Below are positions 8,694 to 16,904 of a stretch of 64,000 bases of DNA, piece by piece (position 1 is the first letter of the stretch; the number at the start of each line of letters is the position of its first letter). The notes under the pieces were generated by a model. The model had not been told where the DNA came from and did no database searches. It saw only the letters and a list, made by a program, of their open reading frames with translations. The DNA comes from Nitrospinaceae bacterium. Lineage in GTDB: Bacteria > Nitrospinota > Nitrospinia > Nitrospinales > Nitrospinaceae. The stretch lies in NCBI GenBank assembly GCA_965223665.1, contig OZ245011.1:4128001-4192000 (forward strand), written 5' to 3'. The translations under genes were made by a program, and so were the position numbers.

Positions 8694-10826
8694 TTATTTA
8701 GATGGAATGGGTTTGTGTTTAACTTTTCTAGACATGAAAGCAAAAAATAGTAATGAGACAAGTAATAGGCTGGCCCAGGTCGTAGGTTCCGGAGTTGAAC
8801 CTCCAGAAAAATTTTGGGCAAGTACCACGGTTTTAGGCTGACCATAGGCTTTGGGCCCGACGCCTTTTACCATGGGCAATGGTACTTGTGAATCTTTTGA
8901 TTGCTCGGGGTTTGGGTTGACAATTGCTTTGGAGACAGCAACAAAGGAAGTCCATCGTGTCATAAGAGAATAATTTAATCCCAACTGGATAACCTTTTCT
9001 TTTAATTCCGTATCACTTAGTGATGTGGTTTTAATTGACATCGGTAGGTTCATTTGATTCATATGGTCGGATATTTGGCCTCGCGCCCATATCAAAGGAA
9101 GAGGTGATTCAGAGTTTTTTTCAGGGGGTTCAGGGATATTAAAATCCACCGGTAATAAAGCCATTCCCCCTGGTACAAATCCATTTACTTTGATAGTGTG
9201 ATTACCGGATCCAGTAAATTTTCCTAATATTCGAATTGAGTCTCCTTCAAACAAATCTGGAATCAGCTTAGGTGTAACTTCTGCAACCTCAAGACCACCC
9301 CAATCGATGGCAATATTTGTCAAAACTGGAGTCTTTATTTTTGATGCCAATTTAATTGCAACATCCTCCGGGTTCTCTGTTGGGTCAATAAACCTTGCAA
9401 ATCCTCTTCCTCTCCTTCCCATTTCATTTAAAAGAAATCGGTTTACAGAGGTACCTACCCCAAAGGCATAAATCCGGGCTTTACCAATAGACTCTGAAAT
9501 CAGAGTTAATACTTCGGATTCGTTCCCAATATATCCATCCGTCAAAAAAACTACGATTCGAATAGTATTTTCAATTGGAGAAGTGGAAAAGGCCTGGCGA
9601 ATGGCGTTAGGAATTTCCGTCCCTCCATTAGCATCTAAAGAATTTACATATTGCAATCCCCTAAAAATATTTTCTGAAGTTGCAGGAATGGGACCTTCGG
9701 TAAATTCGGAAGCGTTATTGCTAAAACGGATCACTCTAAAATAATCTGTTTCCCTAAGGTTCTTTAATGCATGACGCATGAATAATTTGCTGGCTGAAAT
9801 AGGTTCTCCACTCATAGACCCGGAAGTATCCAAAACAAATACCAGCTCTCTTTTAATAATTTGATCCGTTTTAGCTGCTTTTGGGGGTTCAATCATTAAA
9901 CTGAAAAAGCCTTCCTTGTTGGTCTTATGGCTGAGAATGGAAGCTTGAGTTTTTTCTCCTGATAGTTGAAAAAGTAAAACAAAATCCCGGTTATCTATAG
10001 TTCTGCCCTCTGCCAGGGTAATATACTTATTTTTATCCTTGCCGATTACATTTAAGGGATGGGTTTCGCTATAAATTCTTCCAAATGGAACTCCAGATTT
10101 AATATTTACTTTTATGGAAACTCTATCTTTGGCTATTGTGTCCGGGATGTTTAGCCCACCCACTTGAGGATAAATAGGAAGTTTTTCGATTTCCCATTGG
10201 GCAAACCTAGTATCGCTCCTTGTTTCTTCAGGAGAATCATTTTCTTCTTCATCAGAAATTGTTGGAGCTTCTCCAGAACCTTCGGGTTGATATCGGGGGC
10301 CCACAATAAGTGGAATAACTACTTGATAGTTCCCATCTATTTTAGGAACCGTTTGAACATACTTTAAGGTAACTTTTATAGGTAAATTCGGCATTAAGTT
10401 AGCAACCTTTTGAGTGAACATATTGGGCCGATGTTGTGTTAATAAAGATGCGGCCTTACCTTCTTTTTTAGCGGAATTGAATTTAGTTTTTGCCTTTTCA
10501 ATTTTCATTATTTGGGCTTCAATTATTTCCATTCCCACTTCCATGCTCATCCAATATACGGCGGAATTTCTATTTAAGGGGAAAAGATAGGTGGCATTTA
10601 TAGGCATTTTGGTAGGATTTCCGAAATACTGAATGACAGTAACTGTTGCAGAGTCCCCCACGATATCTGCTGCAATATCTGTCCGAAGCGAGGGTAAATG
10701 AAAGGTTTGACCATTGATCTCAGCTTGGAGGGTGCCACCTAACTCCTTTTCCCCAAAAGCAATTCCATAAAAAGATAAGGAAAAGAGAAGGATTAGAGTC
10801 ATTATAGGTTTTTTTATATTATCCAT
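8694..10826 (-). CDS. VIT + vWA domain surface protein with C-terminal PEP-CTERM-type sorting signal
   Basis: Start moved to ATG 10826, overlapping the exosortase stop; signal peptide; VIT motifs (YLFPL, RPNMFTQKVANL); MIDAS LDTSGSMSG and FLTDG; tail TPEP + TM helix + RKVKHK. Confidence 0.9.
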   Translation of the reverse strand: MDNIKKPIMTLILLFSLSFYGIAFGEKELGGTLQAEINGQTFHLPSLRTDIAADIVGDSATVTVIQYFGNPTKMPINATYLFPLNRNSAVYWMSMEVGMEIIEAQIMKIEKAKTKFNSAKKEGKAASLLTQHRPNMFTQKVANLMPNLPIKVTLKYVQTVPKIDGNYQVVIPLIVGPRYQPEGSGEAPTISDEEENDSPEETRSDTRFAQWEIEKLPIYPQVGGLNIPDTIAKDRVSIKVNIKSGVPFGRIYSETHPLNVIGKDKNKYITLAEGRTIDNRDFVLLFQLSGEKTQASILSHKTNKEGFFSLMIEPPKAAKTDQIIKRELVFVLDTSGSMSGEPISASKLFMRHALKNLRETDYFRVIRFSNNASEFTEGPIPATSENIFRGLQYVNSLDANGGTEIPNAIRQAFSTSPIENTIRIVVFLTDGYIGNESEVLTLISESIGKARIYAFGVGTSVNRFLLNEMGRRGRGFARFIDPTENPEDVAIKLASKIKTPVLTNIAIDWGGLEVAEVTPKLIPDLFEGDSIRILGKFTGSGNHTIKVNGFVPGGMALLPVDFNIPEPPEKNSESPLPLIWARGQISDHMNQMNLPMSIKTTSLSDTELKEKVIQLGLNYSLMTRWTSFVAVSKAIVNPNPEQSKDSQVPLPMVKGVGPKAYGQPKTVVLAQNFSGGSTPEPTTWASLLLVSLLFFAFMSRKVKHKPIPSK

Positions 10827-12393
10827 TTTTAAAACGCCCTTTCTCAAATTCATAATTTCTTTGTGCAGTTTTGGGTTTTTCGATATCCAAAGCAGTAATG
10901 ACAGCTTCATCCCATTGGGTATGTTCAATGTTTTTTAAATTCCACGGAGATATTCTTTGGACCTCGGACCATATGCTGGTTGGTTGTTTAAACCATCGCC
11001 AGATGGCTTCTGAAATATTTGAGGTGACCTCTCCTCTATCAGAAATAAAGCTGACGGCCACTCGATAGGATTTTCCATTGGAATTGGTAACTTTGTAAAT
11101 GGCTGATGGAAGAGATTGATAGGTAATTCCTTTATACTGGACTTTCATTCCTAATCCTCGTAAACATTCTTCTGGGGAATGTAAATGTCGGAGAGGGGCC
11201 GATGTTTTCACAACGAGTAAACTATGAGTTCCATATGCTGCTTTGGTTGCAGTACCTCCAAATTTAGTGAAATACAATTTTTCATTTGGAAGTAAATTGA
11301 CAGGGGTTTTTAAATGACCATTTAAAAATTCGGGTAATGAAATATTTAAATTCGATTCAGCAACATCTATAGGTTTTTGAGGGGCACTGACTATGAATAA
11401 AGAAAACATTAGAAAACCAAATCCCCAAAATAATCTTTTAGTAAAGAAGTAGTTATCGGGTGAAATATTTTTATTTAAAAAAAATTCATTTTCCTTTTTG
11501 GTAGAAAGTATTTGGTCAATAGGTTTATTTTCATTTTTGGGTTTCAAGTATACCCATTGTGACCAAATTAAAATGGGGATACTCCCCAGGAACAGAAAAC
11601 TTAAACCTAAAAGGTCATGCCATGGAGAGGCTAAAACATCAACGTTTAGAAAAAATGAAGGAGTTACAACTCCTATAGCAATAAAAACAATTCTTAAGAT
11701 ATTTTCCAGTATCCCAGAGACTAAGGTAATTACAATTCCTAAAGCCGATTGAGATAAGCTCGGTCTTATAATTGCCATGCTACCGCAAAATAATAGAAAC
11801 AAAATGAGAAGTCCTCTTGCACCAGAACATGGCAAATCCACTAAAACGTCATGATGATTAATTATGATTCGAACTCCTTGGCAGCTTACATTTCCGAATA
11901 ATTGGCTTAAAATCCCACAAGCCCCATCCGCAGATAGGCTTTGTAGACCAAATCCAATTGATCTTTGTAACACCCGTTCCAAGGGTAATGAAAATGCAAA
12001 AAATAAAGCAGTCCATCCTGGAGAGACAGGCCGTTTGCTTTTTTGGATTCCTGTTAATAGACCTAATGCGTAAACGTCGATAACCAGAGTCAATGCGCCA
12101 ACAATATTAATTGCAAAAACTTGTCCCGCTAATCTGATTAAACTGGTACATCCTAAAAGGAGATATGGGATTTTCTTATCAATAGGATTGGATAAACTTT
12201 GTTTACCAGATAAACCCCAAAGGAAAAGTCCAAGGGTTAATAAAAATACCAAATACCCATGGGAATCATAAGATGGATCCTTCCACGTTTGAATCAGCCA
12301 ACGAATAGGGTCGTAGGCCAAAATAAGTGCGGACGCTCCAAATAAGTAGGGTAAAAAGTTAGGTTTTGCTGTAAAAATCCATAAGTTTTTCAT
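10819..12393 (-). CDS. Exosortase (dedicated type, XrtT-like) with EpsI-like C-terminal domain
   Basis: Multi-TM; YDSHG, VDLPCSG (catalytic Cys), NILRI (Arg), WHDLLG (His); soluble tail with LRHLHSPEECLRG. Confidence 0.85.
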   Translation of the reverse strand: MKNLWIFTAKPNFLPYLFGASALILAYDPIRWLIQTWKDPSYDSHGYLVFLLTLGLFLWGLSGKQSLSNPIDKKIPYLLLGCTSLIRLAGQVFAINIVGALTLVIDVYALGLLTGIQKSKRPVSPGWTALFFAFSLPLERVLQRSIGFGLQSLSADGACGILSQLFGNVSCQGVRIIINHHDVLVDLPCSGARGLLILFLLFCGSMAIIRPSLSQSALGIVITLVSGILENILRIVFIAIGVVTPSFFLNVDVLASPWHDLLGLSFLFLGSIPILIWSQWVYLKPKNENKPIDQILSTKKENEFFLNKNISPDNYFFTKRLFWGFGFLMFSLFIVSAPQKPIDVAESNLNISLPEFLNGHLKTPVNLLPNEKLYFTKFGGTATKAAYGTHSLLVVKTSAPLRHLHSPEECLRGLGMKVQYKGITYQSLPSAIYKVTNSNGKSYRVAVSFISDRGEVTSNISEAIWRWFKQPTSIWSEVQRISPWNLKNIEHTQWDEAVITALDIEKPKTAQRNYEFEKGRFKNG

Positions 12394-12446
12394 GCTCCCA
12401 TTATTAAAAGACTGTGTGCAATGGTAATGATGAAAATGGGTAAAAA

Positions 12447-12476
12447 TTAATGAAATCTTATGCAGATTTGGTGCAG
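12447..12476 (-). promoter_or_regulatory. Candidate OmpR/CreB-type binding site (TGCAC-N6-TGCAT-N5-TTCAT)
   Basis: Minus strand reads ctgcac-caaat-ctgcat-aagat-ttcat, about 55-85 nt upstream of the exosortase start. Confidence 0.45.
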
Positions 12477-12561
12477 GATAAATGACAAGCTTAGAAATAC
12501 ACTTATTATTAAATTGAAGGATAAGAAAAATGTTTAATCTATTTTCTTAATTTAAAATCAC

Positions 12562-13677
12562 TTAAACCATTGATTTTAGTTTGTTCCAAAAATTATTTAA
12601 AAACGGTAATGGGTCTTTGAGAATATATTCCCAACCAACCTTTGTGGAAACAACTCTTGGGAACCCTCTTTTTCTATAAGAAGGCAAAAGTGTTTTTAAA
12701 AAATTTTCTAAATCTATATACCTTAAAGTGTGATTTAAATTGGTGGCAGGTAAGGGTTGATTTAATGCTAGTAGGCAGGCTAGGTAGGGAAAGTTTAAAC
12801 CCATAGTAAGTGAACCACGTAAACTCCCCCAATATCGTGGATTTAATTCTATCACCTTTATTTGATTATCCTCTTCGTCCAAAATCATATCGAAATTTGC
12901 AATACCGGTCCATTTTAATTCCTTGATAACCTTTTCTGTGATCTTCCAAAGATTTTCGTTTTGTATAAATTCCATTCCTAAATGAGGGCGGAAAGGAACC
13001 GGATTTGGAAAAATTTCTTTATGTAGATTGTGGGCCAATATTTTTCCATCAATTGATAAAGTGCTCGAACATAAAATGGTTCCACGTCTTTTACTTTGCA
13101 GGATACTTGGAGATAAGTCCTTGTTTGACCTTAAAAATTTTTCTAGTGAATTAAGGTCTTCAAACTGCCTGATTCCTAATCCATTCGTACCTATTTTAGG
13201 TTTAATTAAAGCAGGGAATGTCATTCTACTCAACTGGTGTGTTAAACTTTGATCGTTATTTAAATGTATAGTAAATGGCTTAGGTATATTATTTTCTTCT
13301 AAAAAGTCGGAGAACTTTCCCTTGTCTTGTGCTTTTTCAAAAGATTCCAAAGTTGGAATTGGGGCCAAAGGGGCAATTTGTTTAAGTACATTGTAATTCT
13401 TTATCGCAAATAGAATTCCCAATCGGCTTAATGGAAATAATAAATCGGGTCGAACTTTCCTGGCAACTTTTCTGATAAATTCTATTCTTTCTTCATCACT
13501 CTTGGTCTCTTTTAAATGAAATGTTTTACATAGACGGCTCCATTGAACTGGAGTCTTAGGTTCAGTGGCAATGGCATGAACTTTGATTTTGGGGATGGCA
13601 GTTAAGCAACTTAAAACCTTTATAGTATCATTGCGGTTTCCATCAATTATTAATATCGACAGAGATGAGGAGACCAT
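12562..13677 (-). CDS. ATP-grasp domain protein
   Basis: AQDK, FPALIKPKIGTNGLGI, WTGIANFD, VIELNPRYWGS. Confidence 0.85.
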   Translation of the reverse strand: MVSSSLSILIIDGNRNDTIKVLSCLTAIPKIKVHAIATEPKTPVQWSRLCKTFHLKETKSDEERIEFIRKVARKVRPDLLFPLSRLGILFAIKNYNVLKQIAPLAPIPTLESFEKAQDKGKFSDFLEENNIPKPFTIHLNNDQSLTHQLSRMTFPALIKPKIGTNGLGIRQFEDLNSLEKFLRSNKDLSPSILQSKRRGTILCSSTLSIDGKILAHNLHKEIFPNPVPFRPHLGMEFIQNENLWKITEKVIKELKWTGIANFDMILDEEDNQIKVIELNPRYWGSLRGSLTMGLNFPYLACLLALNQPLPATNLNHTLRYIDLENFLKTLLPSYRKRGFPRVVSTKVGWEYILKDPLPFLNNFWNKLKSMV

Positions 13678-13693
13678 ATTTTTTCTAATTAAA

Positions 13694-16198
13694 TCAATGG
13701 ATTTCTTTTTCTGGGCCGAGTGGTTTAAAAATAACCATCAAAACTGGAAGTAAAAATAAGTCTCCTAATAAAGCTAATAACATGGCAATTCCAGTTAGTA
13801 GTCCAAAATAAATTGTAGGAATAAAATTGGATAACATGAGAATAGAAAAACCTACAGTAATCGTTATAGAAGTATAGTAAATAGCTCTGCCAATACTCCC
13901 ATGACACCGGAGAACTGACGGTTTATATTGTGGGTTAAGAGCAAATTCTTTTTGATATCGATGAATATAATGGATAGTGTCATCCACGGCAATTCCTATT
14001 GTTATAGCAGCAATGGTTATAGTCATCATATCTAATGGAATTTTAAACCAACCCATGGCACCCAGAATAACAATTGCAGAAAATATATTTGGAATCGTGG
14101 CCAAAAGAGCAATGTAAAAATGGCGAAATAGGATAATAAACATAATGAGGATGGCAGCAAAAACTACACCTAATGTTAATATTTGTGATCGATAAAGACT
14201 TTGAAGCATATTGTTGTACATTACCGCCATTCCTGTGAAACGGATTCTTTCAGGAAGAATTTTCATTTCCCCTACTAAAAACTTTCTTATTTTTTCGATC
14301 AACTCTCCTCGATTTAGTGTAGGATCAGTTTCTTCGATTCGCATTGTGATGCGTATTTGATTCGCATCCTTTGAAAGATATGGATCCAGAAAAGATTTTT
14401 TTGCATCATCCGGTAAAAGCTTTCTATAAATTGCGAGATCATAATCATCGGGGATTTTGTTGTCATTTAGAATTCGAACAACTTTTAATGTTGTTGCGAT
14501 AGACAAGGCTTTTCCTATTTGTGGAAGGTTTTCTAAATAGTCGTGTATTTTTTCTACCTCAAGAAGTTTGTCGGGGTGGAACCAATAGTTATCCTCGTTT
14601 TCATCTTCTTCTTCAAAGGGATCTTTGAATGGATCTTCTTCCTCTTCCTCGGTTTCTAATTCCTTTAAAAATTCAAAAAACTCCGGGTCAGCTTCAATAA
14701 TAATTTCTAGAGGAGTGGTGCCACCCAATTGAGTATCTATGACGCTCATTCCTTTATATATTTCAGTAGAGTCTTTAAAGTAATCAATGAATCGATTGTC
14801 CACTCTTAATTTTAGAACACCCAGCAGGCTGACAATTATTAATGTCATAAAAAAAACTAAAATAGATTTTCTATATTTCAATGTAATCTGAGCAATGGCA
14901 TTAGTGATGTGGCGTGTTGCGTCATTTTCAGATAGGGATCGTTTCGGTTTCATTAATTTTAAAAAGGAAGGGAAGAAAATAAATGACAAAATGAATGCTA
15001 ATGAAATCCCTAAAGTCATTATCCAACCAAAATCAATTACAGGCCGGATATCACTCACCACCAAGGAAGTAAATGCCACAATTGTTGTAATGGCTGTAAA
15101 AAAACAAGGGGGGAACATGAGTTGAACCGTCTTATTGACTAAAGTTTCTTGATTCCAATTCGGGTTTTCTAAATGTAATTCTCCATAGCGAACAATTAAA
15201 TGGATTGTTAAAGATGTGGTGATAATGATTAATATGGATACAAAGTTGGAGGAAATTACTGTGACCCGCCAATCCAACCAGCCTAAACAACCGACCATGA
15301 TTCCTACTGTCAGAATACAGGAAAGCATTGGCAAAATTACCCAACGTCGGCTCCGAAAAAACAACCATAAAACGATTATCATCAAAACGGAAACGGCAAT
15401 CCCAAATACTTTCAGATCTACCTTTATAAAGTCAATCATATCCGTTGTTATCATTGGGACACCGCCTAAAAAGATTTTTGCCTTATCACGGTATTTATCT
15501 AAAATCTTTCGAATTGCGTCGACTTCTTTTTTTTGAGTTTCCAATACTTGAGCAAGGTATTGTTTAAACTCAAGTGAAACTTGACGAAGGGTTTTTTCTT
15601 CCTCTAAATCTAATTTTCCTGATTCTCGTTTCTTTTCTCTTAAGCCATTTCTTTTTTCTAATAATGAAAAATATTTGTCATCTCTTTGGAAGAAAGCAAG
15701 GATTGCTGTTGTTTTTCCATCCGGACTGGCAAGGAGTTTTTTATATATTGGACTCTCCGTGAATTCTTTTAGAGCTAAATTTTTATCCACGTCATGTGTT
15801 TCTAATTTTCTAATATTTTCATCAAGCTCTGAAATACGAACTACGGGGCTCATTAATAATGGAACATCAAGGATGCTTACAATGTTTTTAATTCTTGGTA
15901 ATTGAAGTAAATCTTTTTTTAGATTTTTTATTCCATCAAGGGAGTTTTCAGATAAAAGATCTTCAAAAGGGGAATAAGTAATTATTAAAAAATCCTCTGT
16001 GCCGTATATCTTGTTTATTGAACGAAAATAACGAAGGTCTTCATCGTTTTCTAAAACCAGGGAGTCCGCAGAGGCATCTAATTTGAATTTCATTGCCTGA
16101 AAACTTAATAATATGGACAATAATATTATTAAAGTCATGCATGTTCGTGGGTAACCTAGAATTGTATTCTGGTAGACTCGGATAATGAATGTTTTCAT
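13694..16198 (-). CDS. MMPL/RND-family exporter
   Basis: Two repeats of TM, large loop and TM bundle; TTIVAF, GIAVDDTIH, LGGTTPLEII. Confidence 0.9.
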   Translation of the reverse strand: MKTFIIRVYQNTILGYPRTCMTLIILLSILLSFQAMKFKLDASADSLVLENDEDLRYFRSINKIYGTEDFLIITYSPFEDLLSENSLDGIKNLKKDLLQLPRIKNIVSILDVPLLMSPVVRISELDENIRKLETHDVDKNLALKEFTESPIYKKLLASPDGKTTAILAFFQRDDKYFSLLEKRNGLREKKRESGKLDLEEEKTLRQVSLEFKQYLAQVLETQKKEVDAIRKILDKYRDKAKIFLGGVPMITTDMIDFIKVDLKVFGIAVSVLMIIVLWLFFRSRRWVILPMLSCILTVGIMVGCLGWLDWRVTVISSNFVSILIIITTSLTIHLIVRYGELHLENPNWNQETLVNKTVQLMFPPCFFTAITTIVAFTSLVVSDIRPVIDFGWIMTLGISLAFILSFIFFPSFLKLMKPKRSLSENDATRHITNAIAQITLKYRKSILVFFMTLIIVSLLGVLKLRVDNRFIDYFKDSTEIYKGMSVIDTQLGGTTPLEIIIEADPEFFEFLKELETEEEEEDPFKDPFEEEDENEDNYWFHPDKLLEVEKIHDYLENLPQIGKALSIATTLKVVRILNDNKIPDDYDLAIYRKLLPDDAKKSFLDPYLSKDANQIRITMRIEETDPTLNRGELIEKIRKFLVGEMKILPERIRFTGMAVMYNNMLQSLYRSQILTLGVVFAAILIMFIILFRHFYIALLATIPNIFSAIVILGAMGWFKIPLDMMTITIAAITIGIAVDDTIHYIHRYQKEFALNPQYKPSVLRCHGSIGRAIYYTSITITVGFSILMLSNFIPTIYFGLLTGIAMLLALLGDLFLLPVLMVIFKPLGPEKEIH

Positions 16199-16785
16199 AT
16201 TTTTAAAGGTGGGAGTTTGAACACATTAAGTTTTCATAAAAAATATAAAGTAGGGAAAAGGAAAAATATTTATGGAAAAATTGAAGGTCTAAGAATTTAG
16301 ATCAAATGAAAAATAAGGTAAAGGAAATAAATTAGAAATTAAGTTTATTCCTATTATAAATATTCTATTGCTTAGCACGATTATTCTAACATACAGAGCA
16401 AAATGATACTTTGTTGGTTTTTATAGACCCATGGAAAATAGAAGACCTTTAAAAACCAATAACAGGTCAAATGGATTTAAATAAGAATAATCATTTAAAC
16501 CCCTCACCGGTAACCCCTACAAAATGATTTCCATGTAAATTTAAAAAACTAATTATTTTCAAGAAAAAACCTGAATTATTTATTTGATTCGAGAATATTA
16601 GCATTACACGGTAAACATTTACACTTTCCAAATAATTCCCAAGTTTTAAGAATTGAAAAATATTTTTTCTTCCCAATTCGCTGCTTACCCTCTAGTGGCT
16701 ATCCTTTAATGCTCTAAATAACAGCTAGTTTAAGGGCTACCTTTTTTTAAGTATTTGGTTTTTATAAATGTTACAGAAAATTGTC

Positions 16786-16814
16786 TTGAAATTATTTTTA
16801 ATAATAGGTAAAGT
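16786..16814 (+). promoter_or_regulatory. Candidate sigma70 promoter of the first giant gene (TTGAAA-17-TAAAGT); homologous site at 22966-22994
   Basis: The -35 box and its upstream flank are conserved in both duplicated leaders while the spacer has diverged. Confidence 0.4.
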
Positions 16815-16904
16815 CTAGTCATCCGAATGGGGTATTTTATTGTGAAAAATAAAAACTTTCACATACACATATAAAATTTATTCGCATGTTGGGAGAGGTT
16901 CCTT

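Noticed and set aside
10827-10928. N-terminal 34 codons of the 744-aa VIT ORF; similar extensions on neuC (41308), the aminotransferase (39405) and the lipoprotein (32501)
   Set aside because: They overlap upstream genes or lack an RBS; downstream ATGs give coupled starts or proper signal peptides
16841-16863. CRP site (TGTGA...TCACA)
   Set aside because: The spacer is 13 nt rather than 6, and copy B has TGCGA
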